Part shown: piece after piece, positions 43,435-56,780 of the stretch
Layout: each line of letters begins with the position of its first letter
Numbering within the stretch: the stretch's first letter is position 1
Assembly (NCBI GenBank): GCA_964016885.1
Contig: OZ024741.1
Location: 263,314,001 to 263,378,000 of the forward strand
Direction: 5' to 3'
DNA from: Eledone cirrhosa
Lineage: Eukaryota
DNA: 64,000 bases
The notes under the pieces: generated by a model
Database searches by the model: none
Seen by the model: only the letters and a program-made list of their open reading frames with translations
Told to the model about the DNA's origin: nothing
Position numbers and translations under genes: made by a program

Positions 43435-44139
43435 ACTGTGTAGTGATATAGTGTTATGACCTTCACGTGATTTGGAGTGCGTGAATGTGGACTGTGTAGT
43501 GATATAGTATTATGACCTGCTACATGATTTGGAGTGGGTGAATGTGGACTGTGTAGTGATATAGTGTTATGACCTGCTACATGATTTGGAGTGGGTGAAT
43601 GTGGACTGTGTAGTGATATAGTATTATGACCTGACACATGATTTGGAGTGGGTGAATGTGGACTGTGTAGTGATATAGTGTTATGACCTTCACGTGATTT
43701 GGAGTGGGTGAATGTGGACTGTGTAGTGATATAGTATTATGACCTGCTACATGATTTGGAGTGGGTGAATGTGGACTGTGTAGTGATATAGTGTTATGAC
43801 CTACTACATGATTTGGAGTGGGTGAATGTGGACTGTGTTAGTGATATTATATTATGACCTGCTACATGATTTGGAGTGGGTGAATGTGGACTGTGTAGTG
43901 ATATAGTGTTATGACCTACTACATGATTTGGAGTGGGTGAATGTGGACTGTGTAGTGATATAGTGTTATGACCTGCTACATGATTTGGAGTGGGTGAATG
44001 TGGACTGTGTAGTGATATAGTGTTATGACCTGCTACATGATTTGGAGTGGGTGAATGTGGACTGTGTAGTGATATAGTATTATGACCTGCTACATGATTT
44101 GGAGTGGGTGAATGTGGACTGTGTAGTGATATAGTATTA

Positions 44140-47100
44140 TGACCTGCTACATGATTTGGAGTGGGTGAATGTGGACTGTGTAGTGATATAGTGTTATGAC
44201 CTTCACGTGATTTGGAGTGGGTGAATGTGGACTGTGTAGGGATATAGTATTATGACCTGCTACACGATTTGGAGTGGGTGAATGTGGAGTGTGTAGTGAT
44301 ATAGTGTTATGACCTGCTACATGATTTGGAGTGGGTGAATGTGGACTGTGTAGTGATATAGTATTATGACCTTCACGTGATTTGGAGTGGTTGAATGTGG
44401 ACTGTGTAGTGATATAGTATTATGACCTTCTACATGATTTGGAGTGGGTGAATGTGGACTGTGTAGTGATATAGTATTATGACCTGTCACGTGATTTGGA
44501 GTGGGTGAATGTGGACTGTGTAGTGATATAGTATTATGACCTGACACATGATTTGGAGTGGGTGAATGTGGAGTGTGTAGTGATATAGTATTATGACCTG
44601 TCACGTGATTTGGAGTGGGTGAATGTGGACTGTGTAGTGATATAATGTTATGACCTGCTACATGATTTGGAGTGGGTGAATGTGGACTGAGTAGTGATAT
44701 AGTATTATGACCTATCACGTGATTTGGAGTGGGTGAATGTGGACTGTGTAGTGATATAGTATTATGACCTTCTACATGATTTGTAGTGGGTGAATGTGGA
44801 CTGTGTAGTGATATAGTATTATGACCTTCACGTGATTTGGAGTGGGTGAATGTGGACTGTGTAGTGATATAGTATTATGACCTTCTACATGATTTGGAGT
44901 GGGTGAATGTGGACTGTGTAGTGATATAGTATTATGACCTGCTTCATGATTTGGAGTGGGTGAATGTGGACTGTGTAGTGATATAGTATTATGACCTGAC
45001 ACATGATTTGGAGTGGGTGAATGTGGACTGTGTAGTGATATAGTATTATGACCTGTCACGTTATTTGGAGTGGGTGAAAGTGGACTGTGTAGTGATATAG
45101 TGTTATGACCTACTACATGATTTGGAGTGGGTGAATGTGGACTGTGTAGTGATATAGTATTATGACCTTCACGTGATTTGGAGTGGGTGAATGTGGACTG
45201 TGTAGTGATATAGTATTATGACCTGTCACATGATTTGGGGTGGGTGAATGTGGACTGTGTAGTGATATAGTATTATGACCTGTCACATGATTTGGAGTGG
45301 GTGAATGTGGACTGTGTAGTGATATAGTATTATGACCTGCTACATGATTTGGAGTGGGTGAATGTGGACTGTGTAGTGATATAGTATTATGACCTGCTAC
45401 AAGATTTGGAGTGGGTGAATGTGGACTGTGTAGTGATATAGTGTTATGACCTACTACATGATTTGGAGTGGGTGAATGTGGACTGTGTAGTGATATAGTA
45501 TTATGACCTGCTACATGATTTGGAGTGGGTGAATGTGGACTGTGTAGTGATATAGTGTTATGACCTACAACATGATTTGGAGTGGGTGAATGTGAACTGT
45601 GTAGTGATATAGTATTATGAACTGCTACATGATTTGGAGTGGGTGAATGTGGACTGTGTAGTGATATAGTGTTATGACCTACTACATGATTTGGAGTGGG
45701 TGAATGTGGACTGTGTAGTGATATAGTATTATGACCTGCTACATGAGTTGGAGTGGGTGAATGTGGACTGTGTAGTGATATAGTATTATGACCTGCTACA
45801 TGATTTGGAGTGGGTGAATGTGGACTGTGTAGTGATATAGTGTTATGACCTACTACATGATTTGGAGTGGGTGAATGTGGACTGTGTAGTGATATAGTGT
45901 TATGACCTACTACATGATTTGGAGTGGGTTAATGTGGACTGTGTAGTGTTATAGTGTTATGACCTACTACATGATTTGGAGTGGGTGAATGTGGACTGTG
46001 TAGTGATATAGTATTATGACCTGCTACATGATTTGGAGTGGGTGAATGTGGACTGTGTAGTGATATAGTATTATGACCTGCTACATGATTTGGAGTGGGT
46101 GAATGTGGACTGTGTAGTGATATAGTGTTATGACCTACTACATGATTTGGAGTGGGTGAATGTGGACTGTGTAGTGATATAGTGTTATGACCTTCACGTG
46201 ATTTGGAGTGGGTGAATGTGGACTGTGTAGTGATATAGTATTATGACCTGCTACATGATTTGGAGTGGGTGAATGTGGACTGTGTAGTGATATAGTGTTA
46301 TGACCTACTACATGATTTGGAGTGGGTGAATGTGGACCGTGTAGTGATATAGTGTTATGACCTACTACATGATTTGGAGTGGGTGAATGTGGACTGTGTA
46401 GTGATATAGTGTTATGACCTACTACATGATTTGGAGTGGGTGAATGTGGACTGTGTTAGTGATATAGTATTATGACCTGCTACATGATTTGGAGTGGGTG
46501 AATGTGGACTGTGTAGTGATATAGTATTATGATCTTCACGTGATTTGGAGTGGGTGAATGTGGACTGTGTAGTGATATAGTGTTTTGACCTGCTACATGA
46601 TTTGGAGTGGGTGAATGTGGACTGTGTAGTGATATAGTGTTATGACCTTCACGTGATTTGGAGTGGGTGAATGTGGACTGTGTAGTGATATAGTATTATG
46701 ACCTGCTACATGATTTGGTGTGGGTGAATGTGGACTGTGTAGTGATATAGTGTTTTGACCTGCTACATGATTTGGAGTGGGTGAATGTGGACTGTGTAGT
46801 GATATAGTATTATGACCTGCTACATGATTTGGAGTGCGTGAATGTGGACTGTGTAGTGATATAGTATTATGACCTGCTACATGATTTGGAGTGGGTGAAT
46901 GTGGACTGTGTAGTGATATAGTATTATGACCTGTCACGTGATTTGGAGTGGGTGAATGTGGACCGTGTAGTGATATAGTATTATGACCTGACACATGATT
47001 TGGAGTGGGTGAATGTGGACTGTGTAGTGATATAGTATTATGACTTGCTACATGATTTGGAGTGGGTGAATGTGGACTGTGTAGTGATATAGTATTATGA

Positions 47101-50100
47101 CCTGCTACATGATTTGGTGTGGGTGAATGTGGACTGTGTAGTGATATAGTGTTTTGACCTGCTACATGATTTGGAGTGGGTGAATGTGGACTGTGTAGTG
47201 ATATAGTATTATGACCTGCTACATGATTTGGAGTGGGTGAATGTGGACTGTGTAGTGATATAGTGTTATGACCTGCTACATGATTTGGAGTGGGTGAATG
47301 TGGACTGTGTAGTGATATAGTGTTTTGACCTGCTACATGATTTGGAGTGGGTGAATGTGCACTGTGTAGTGATATAGTGTTTTGAGCTTCACGTGATTTG
47401 GAGTGGGTGAATGTAGACTGTGTAGTGATATAGTATTATGACCTGCTACATGATTTGGAGTGGGTGAATGTGGACTGTGTAGTGATATAGTATTATGACC
47501 TTCACGTTATTTGGAGTGGGTGAATGTGGACTGTGTAGTGATATAGTATTATGACCTTCACGTGATTTGGAGTGGGTGAATGTGGACTGTGTAGTGATAT
47601 AGTATTATGATCTGCTACATGATTTGGAGTGGGTGAATGTGGACTGTGTAGTGATATAGTATTATGACCTGCTACATGATTTGGAGTGGGTGAATGTGGA
47701 CTGTGTAGTGATATAGTATTATGACCTTCACGTGATTTGGAGTGGGTGAATGTGGACTGTGTAGTGATATAGTATTATGACCTTCTACATGATTTGGAGT
47801 GGGTGAATGTGGACTGTGTAGTGATATAGTATTATGACCTGTCACGTGATTTGGAGTGGGTGAATGTGGACTGTGTAGTGATATAGTATTATGACCTGAC
47901 ACATGATTTGGAGTGGGTGAATGTGGAGTGTGTAGTGATATAGTATTATGACCTGTCACGTGATTTGGAGTGGGTGAATGTGGACTGTGTAGTGATATAA
48001 TGTTATGACCTGCTACATGATTTGGAGTGGGTGAATGTGGACTGAGTAGTGATATAGTATTATGACCTATCACGTGATTTGGAGTGGGTGAATGTGGACT
48101 GTGTAGTGATATAGTATTATGACCTTCTACATGATTTGGAGTGGGTGAATGTGGACTGTGTAGTGATATAGTATTATGACCTTCACGTGATTTGGAGTGG
48201 GTGAATGTGGACTGTGTAGTGATATAGTATTATGACCTTCTACATGATTTGGAGTGGGTGAATGTGGACTGTGTAGTGATATAGTATTATGACCTGCTTC
48301 ATGATTTGGAGTGGGTGAATGTGGACTGTGTAGTGATATAGTATTATGACCTGACACATGATTTGGAGTGGGTGAATGTGGACTGTGTAGTGATATAGTA
48401 TTATGACCTGTCACGTTATTTGGAGTGGGTGAAAGTGGACTGTGTAGTGATATAGTGTTATGACCTACTACATGATTTGGAGTGGGTGAATGTGGACTGT
48501 GTAGTGATATAGTATTATGACCTTCACGTGATTTGGAGTGGGTGAATGTGGACTGTGTAGTGATATAGTATTATGACCTGTCACATGATTTGGGGTGGGT
48601 GAATGTGGACTGTGTAGTGATATAGTATTATGACCTGTCACATGATTTGGAGTGGGTGAATGTGGACTGTGTAGTGATATAGTATTATGACCTGCTACAT
48701 GATTTGGAGTGGGTGAATGTGGACTGTGTAGTGATATAGTATTATGACCTGCTACATGATTTGGAGTGGGTGAATGTGGACTGTGTAGTGATATAGTGTT
48801 ATGACCTACTACATGATTTGGAGTGGGTGAATGTGGACTGTGTAGTGATATAGTATTATGACCTGCTACATGATTTGGAGTGGGTGAATGTGGACTGTGT
48901 AGTGATATAGTGTTATGACCTACAACATGATTTGGAGTGGGTGAATGTGAACTGTGTAGTGATATAGTATTATGAACTGCTACATGATTTGGAGTGGGTG
49001 AATGTGGACTGTGTAGTGATATAGTGTTATGACCTACTACATGATTTGGAGTGGGTGAATGTGGACTGTGTAGTGATATAGTATTATGACCTGCTACATG
49101 AGTTGGAGTGGGTGAATGTGGACTGTGTAGTGATATAGTATTATGACCTGCTACATGATTTGGAGTGGGTGAATGTGGACTGTGTAGTGATATAGTGTTA
49201 TGACCTACTACATGATTTGGAGTGGGTGAATGTGGACTGTGTAGTGATATAGTGTTATGACCTACTACATGATTTGGAGTGGGTTAATGTGGACTGTGTA
49301 GTGTTATAGTGTTATGACCTACTACATGATTTGGAGTGGGTGAATGTGGACTGTGTAGTGATATAGTATTATGACCTGCTACATGATTTGGAGTGGGTGA
49401 ATGTGGACTGTGTAGTGATATAGTATTATGACCTGCTACATGATTTGGAGTGGGTGAATGTGGACTGTGTAGTGATATAGTGTTATGACCTACTACATGA
49501 TTTGGAGTGGGTGAATGTGGACTGTGTAGTGATATAGTGTTATGACCTTCACGTGATTTGGAGTGGGTGAATGTGGACTGTGTAGTGATATAGTATTATG
49601 ACCTGCTACATGATTTGGAGTGGGTGAATGTGGACTGTGTAGTGATATAGTGTTATGACCTACTACATGATTTGGAGTGGGTGAATGTGGACCGTGTAGT
49701 GATATAGTGTTATGACCTACTACATGATTTGGAGTGGGTGAATGTGGACTGTGTAGTGATATAGTGTTATGACCTACTACATGATTTGGAGTGGGTGAAT
49801 GTGGACTGTGTTAGTGATATAGTATTATGACCTGCTACATGATTTGGAGTGGGTGAATGTGGACTGTGTAGTGATATAGTATTATGATCTTCACGTGATT
49901 TGGAGTGGGTGAATGTGGACTGTGTAGTGATATAGTGTTTTGACCTGCTACATGATTTGGAGTGGGTGAATGTGGACTGTGTAGTGATATAGTGTTATGA
50001 CCTTCACGTGATTTGGAGTGGGTGAATGTGGACTGTGTAGTGATATAGTATTATGACCTGCTACATGATTTGGTGTGGGTGAATGTGGACTGTGTAGTGA

Positions 50101-53100
50101 TATAGTGTTTTGACCTGCTACATGATTTGGAGTGGGTGAATGTGGACTGTGTAGTGATATAGTATTATGACCTGCTACATGATTTGGAGTGCGTGAATGT
50201 GGACTGTGTAGTGATATAGTATTATGACCTGCTACATGATTTGGAGTGGGTGAATGTGGACTGTGTAGTGATATAGTATTATGACCTGTCACGTGATTTG
50301 GAGTGGGTGAATGTGGACCGTGTAGTGATATAGTATTATGACCTGACACATGATTTGGAGTGGGTGAATGTGGACTGTGTAGTGATATAGTATTATGACT
50401 TGCTACATGATTTGGAGTGGGTGAATGTGGACTGTGTAGTGATATAGTATTATGACCTGCTACATGATTTGGTGTGGGTGAATGTGGACTGTGTAGTGAT
50501 ATAGTGTTTTGACCTGCTACATGATTTGGAGTGGGTGAATGTGGACTGTGTAGTGATATAGTATTATGACCTGCTACATGATTTGGAGTGGGTGAATGTG
50601 GACTGTGTAGTGATATAGTGTTATGACCTGCTACATGATTTGGAGTGGGTGAATGTGGACTGTGTAGTGATATAGTGTTTTGACCTGCTACATGATTTGG
50701 AGTGGGTGAATGTGCACTGTGTAGTGATATAGTGTTTTGAGCTTCACGTGATTTGGAGTGGGTGAATGTAGACTGTGTAGTGATATAGTATTATGACCTG
50801 CTACATGATTTGGAGTGGGTGAATGTGGACTGTGTAGTGATATAGTATTATGACCTTCACGTTATTTGGAGTGGGTGAATGTGGACTGTGTAGTGATATA
50901 GTATTATGACCTTCACGTGATTTGGAGTGGGTGAATGTGGACTGTGTAGTGATATAGTATTATGATCTGCTACATGATTTGGAGTGGGTGAATGTGGACT
51001 GTGTAGTGATATAGTATTATGACCTGCTATATGAATTGGAGTGGGTGAATGTGGACTGTGTAGTGATATAGTATTATGACCTGCTACATGATTTGGAGTG
51101 GGTGAATGTGGACTGTGTAGTGATATAGTGTTATGACCTTCACGTGATTTGGAGTGGGTGAATGTGGACTGTGTAGGGATATAGTATTATGACCTGCTAC
51201 ACGATTTGGAGTGGGTGAATGTGGAGTGTGTAGTGATATAGTGTTATGACCTGCTACATGATTTGGAGTGGGTGAATGTGGACTGTGTAGTGATATAGTA
51301 TTATGACCTTCACGTGATTTGGAGTGGGTGAATGTGGACTGTGTAGTGATATAGTATTATGACCTTCTACATGATTTGGAGTGGGTGAATGTGGACTGTG
51401 TAGTGATATAGTATTATGACCTGTCACGTGATTTGGAGTGGGTGAATGTGGACTGTGTAGTGATATAGTATTATGACCTGACACATGATTTGGAGTGGGT
51501 GAATGTGGAGTGTGTAGTGATATAGTATTATGACCTGTCACGTGATTTGGAGTGGGTGAATGTGGACTGTGTAGTGATATAATGTTATGACCTGCTACAT
51601 GATTTGGAGTGGGTGAATGTGGACTGAGTAGTGATATAGTATTATGACCTATCACGTGATTTGGAGTGGGTGAATGTGGACTGTGTAGTGATATAGTATT
51701 ATGACCTGCTACATGATTTGGAGTGGGTGAATGTGGACTGTGTAGTGATATAGTGTTATGACCTACTACATGATTTGGAGTGGGTGAATGTGGACCGTGT
51801 AGTGATATAGTGTTATGACCTACTACATGATTTGGAGTGGGTGAATGTGGACTGTGTAGTGATATAGTGTTATGACCTACTACATGATTTGGAGTGGGTG
51901 AATGTGGACTGTGTTAGTGATATAGTATTATGACCTGCTACATGATTTGGAGTGGGTGAATGTGGACTGTGTAGTGATATAGTATTATGATCTTCACGTG
52001 ATTTGGAGTGGGTGAATGTGGACTGTGTAGTGATATAGTGTTTTGACCTGCTACATGATTTGGAGTGGGTGAATGTGGACTGTGTAGTGATATAGTGTTA
52101 TGACCTTCACGTGATTTGGAGTGGGTGAATGTGGACTGTGTAGTGATATAGTATTATGACCTTCTACATGATTTGGTGTGGGTGAATGTGGACTGTGTAG
52201 TGATATAGTGTTTTGACCTGCTACATGATTTGGAGTGGGTGAATGTGGACTGTGTAGTGATATAGTATTATGACCTGCTACATGATTTGGAGTGCGTGAA
52301 TGTGGACTGTGTAGTGATATAGTATTATGACCTGCTACATGATTTGGAGTGGGTGAATGTGGACTGTGTAGTGATATAGTATTATGACCTGTCACGTGAT
52401 TTGGAGTGGGTGAATGTGGACCGTGTAGTGATATAGTATTATGACCTGACACATGATTTGGAGTGGGTGAATGTGGACTGTGTAGTGATATAGTATTATG
52501 ACTTGCTACATGATTTGGAGTGGGTGAATGTGGACTGTGTAGTGATATAGTATTATGACCTGCTACATGATTTGGTGTGGATGAATGTGGACTGTGTAGT
52601 GATATAGTGTTTTGACCTGCTACATGATTTGGAGTGGGTGAATGTGGACTGTGTAGTGATATAGTATTATGACCTGCTACATGATTTGGAGTGGGTGAAT
52701 GTGGACTGTGTAGTGATATAGTGTTATGACCTGCTACATGATTTGGAGTGGGTGAATGTGGACTGTGTAGTGATATAGTGTTTTGACCTGCTACATGATT
52801 TGGAGTGGGTGAATGTGCACTGTGTAGTGATATAGTGTTTTGAGCTTCACGTGATTTGGAGTGGGTGAATGTAGACTGTGTAGTGATATAGTATTATGAC
52901 CTGCTACATGATTTGGAGTGGGTGAATGTGGACTGTGTAGTGATATAGTATTATGACCTTCACGTTATTTGGAGTGGGTGAATGTGGACTGTGTAGTGAT
53001 ATAGTATTATGACCTTCACGTGATTTGGAGTGGGTGAATGTGGACTGTGTAGTGATATAGTATTATGATCTGCTACATGATTTGGAGTGGGTGAATGTGG

Positions 53101-56100
53101 ACTGTGTAGTGATATAGTATTATGACCTGCTATATGAATTGGAGTGGGTGAATGTGGACTGTGTAGTGATATAGTATTATGACCTGCTACATGATTTGGA
53201 GTGGGTGAATGTGGACTGTGTAGTGATATAGTGTTATGACCTTCACGTGATTTGGAGTGGGTGAATGTGGACTGTGTAGGGATATAGTATTATGACCTGC
53301 TACACGATTTGGAGTGGGTGAATGTGGAGTGTGTAGTGATATAGTGTTATGACCTGCTACATGATTTGGAGTGGGTGAATGTGGACTGTGTAGTGATATA
53401 GTATTATGACCTTCACGTGATTTGGAGTGGGTGAATGTGGACTGTGTAGTGATATAGTATTATGACCTTCTACATGATTTGGAGTGGGTGAATGTGGACT
53501 GTGTAGTGATATAGTATTATGACCTGTCACGTGATTTGGAGTGGGTGAATGTGGACTGTGTAGTGATATAGTATTATGACCTGACACATGATTTGGAGTG
53601 GGTGAATGTGGAGTGTGTAGTGATATAGTATTATGACCTGTCACGTGATTTGGAGTGGGTGAATGTGGACTGTGTAGTGATATAATGTTATGACCTGCTA
53701 CATGATTTGGAGTGGGTGAATGTGGACTGAGTAGTGATATAGTATTATGACCTATCACGTGATTTGGAGTGGGTGAATGTGGACTGTGTAGTGATATAGT
53801 ATTATGACCTTCTACATGATTTGGAGTGGGTGAATGTGGACTGTGTAGTGATATAGTATTATGACCTTCACGTGATTTGGAGTGGGTGAATGTGGACTGT
53901 ATAGTGATATAGTATTATGACCTTCTACATGATTTGGAGTGGGTGAATGTGGACTGTGTAGTGATATAGTATTATGACCTGCTTCATGATTTGGAGTGGG
54001 TGAATGTGGACTGTGTAGTGATATAGTATTATGACCTGACACATGATTTGGAGTGGGTGAATGTGGACTGTGTAGTGATATAGTATTATGACCTGTCACG
54101 TTATTTGGAGTGGGTGAAAGTGGACTGTGTAGTGATATAGTGTTATGACCTACTACATGATTTGGAGTGGGTGAATGTGGACTGTGTAGTGATATAGTAT
54201 TATGACCTTCACGTGATTTGGAGTGGGTGAATGTGGACTGTGTAGTGATATAGTATTATGACCTGTCACATGATTTGGGGTGGGTGAATGTGGACTGTGT
54301 AGTGATATAGTATTATGACCTGTCACATGATTTGGAGTGGGTGAATGTGGACTGTGTAGTGATATAGTATTATGACCTGCTACATGATTTGGAGTGGGTG
54401 AATGTGGACTGTGTAGTGATATAGTATTATGACCTGCTACATGATTTGGAGTGGGTGAATGTGGACTGTGTAGTGATATAGTGTTATGACCTACTACATG
54501 ATTTGGAGTGGGTGAATGTGGACTGTGTAGTGATATAGTATTATGACCTGCTACATGATTTGGAGTGGGTGAATGTGGACTGTGTAGTGATATAGTGTTA
54601 TGACCTACATCATGATTTGGAGTGGGTGAATGTGAACTGTGTAGTGATATAGTATTATGAACTGCTACATGATTTGGAGTGGGTGAATGTGGACTGTGTA
54701 GTGATATAGTGTTATGACCTACTACATGATTTGGAGTGGGTGAATGTGGACTGTGTAGTGATATAGTATTATGACCTGCTACATGAGTTGGAGTGGGTGA
54801 ATGTGGACTGTGTAGTGATATAGTATTATGACCTGCTACATGATTTGGAGTGGGTGAATGTGGACTGTGTAGTGATATAGTGTTATGACCTACTACATGA
54901 TTTGGAGTGGGTGAATGTGGACTGTGTAGTGATATAGTGTTATGACCTACTACATGATTTGGAGTGGGTTAATGTGGACTGTGTAGTGTTATAGTGTTAT
55001 GACCTACTACATGATTTGGAGTGGGTGAATGTGGACTGTGTAGTGATATAGTATTATGACCTGCTACATGATTTGGAGTGGGTGAATGTGGACTGTGTAG
55101 TGATATAGTATTATGACCTGCTACATGATTTGGAGTGGGTGAATGTGGACTGTGTAGTGATATAGTGTTATGACCTACTACATGATTTGGAGTGGGTGAA
55201 TGTGGACTGTGTAGTGATATAGTGTTATGACCTTCACGTGATTTGGAGTGGGTGAATGTGGACTGTGTAGTGATATAGTATTATGACCTGCTACATGATT
55301 TGGAGTGGGTGAATGTGGACTGTGTAGTGATATAGTGTTATGACCTACTACATGATTTGGAGTGGGTGAATGTGGACCGTGTAGTGATATAGTGTTATGA
55401 CCTACTACATGATTTGGAGTGGGTGAATGTGGACTGTGTAGTGATATAGTGTTATGACCTACTACATGATTTGGAGTGGGTGAATGTGGACTGTGTTAGT
55501 GATATAGTATTATGACCTGCTACATGATTTGGAGTGGGTGAATGTGGACTGTGTAGTGATATAGTATTATGATCTTCACGTGATTTGGAGTGGGTGAATG
55601 TGGACTGTGTAGTGATATAGTGTTTTGACCTGCTACATGATTTGGAGTGGGTGAATGTGGACTGTGTAGTGATATAGTGTTATGACCTTCACGTGATTTG
55701 GAGTGGGTGAATGTGGACTGTGTAGTGATATAGTATTATGACCTGCTACATGATTTGGTGTGGGTGAATGTGGACTGTGTAGTGATATAGTGTTTTGACC
55801 TGCTACATGATTTGGAGTGGGTGAATGTGGACTGTGTAGTGATATAGTATTATGACCTGCTACATGATTTGGAGTGCGTGAATGTGGACTGTGTAGTGAT
55901 ATAGTATTATGACCTGCTACATGATTTGGAGTGGGTGAATGTGGACTGTGTAGTGATATAGTATTATGACCTGTCACGTGATTTGGAGTGGGTGAATGTG
56001 GACCGTGTAGTGATATAGTATTATGACCTGACACATGATTTGGAGTGGGTGAATGTGGACTGTGTAGTGATATAGTATTATGACTTGCTACATGATTTGG

Positions 56101-56780
56101 AGTGGGTGAATGTGGACTGTGTAGTGATATAGTATTATGACCTGCTACATGATTTGGTGTGGGTGAATGTGGACTGTGTAGTGATATAGTGTTTTGACCT
56201 GCTACATGATTTGGAGTGGGTGAATGTGGACTGTGTAGTGATATAGTATTATGACCTGCTACATGATTTGGAGTGGGTGAATGTGGACTGTGTAGTGATA
56301 TAGTGTTATGACCTGCTACATGATTTGGAGTGGGTGAATGTGGACTGTGTAGTGATATAGTGTTTTGACCTGCTACATGATTTGGAGTGGGTGAATGTGC
56401 ACTGTGTAGTGATATAGTGTTTTGAGCTTCACGTGATTTGGAGTGGGTGAATGTAGACTGTGTAGTGATATAGTATTATGACCTGCTACATGATTTGGAG
56501 TGGGTGAATGTGGACTGTGTAGTGATATAGTATTATGACCTTCACATTATTTGGAGTGGGTGAATGTGGACTGTGTAGTGATATAGTATTATGACCTTCA
56601 CGTGATTTGGAGTGGGTGAATGTGGACTGTGTAGTGATATAGTATTATGATCTGCTACATGATTTGGAGTGGGTGAATGTGGACTGTGTAGTGATATAGT
56701 ATTATGACCTGCTATATGAATTGGAGTGGGTGAATGTGGACTGTGTAGTGATATAGTATTATGACCTGCTACATGATTTG
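44140..56780. repeat. Distinct higher-order repeat domain: 3582-bp (~63-monomer) unit in four copies, two of them with deletions
   Basis: The 'MIGH' ORF ends at 44317, 47672, 51254 and 53357 (spacings 3355, 3582, 2103). The 'HGPH' ORF ends at 46593, 49948, 52051 and 55633 (3355, 2103, 3582). Domain markers include GTAGGGAT, CTATCACG, GCTTCATG, GAAAGTGG, TTTGGGG, GAACTGC, GGACCGTG, GTGCACTG and GTAGACTG. Confidence 0.92.

Larger units (their letters stand above)
22390..43620. repeat. Largest higher-order tandem duplication, period 10,577/10,634 bp (~186-187 monomers), 2 copies
   Basis: GGCGTGGGTTAA 23174/33751 and ORFs 22536/33113, 23503/34080, 25096/35673 are +10577. Further on, ORFs 26234/36868, 27770/38404, 28395/39029, 32546/43180 and GAGTGCG 32841/43475 are +10634. 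Confidence 0.95.
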
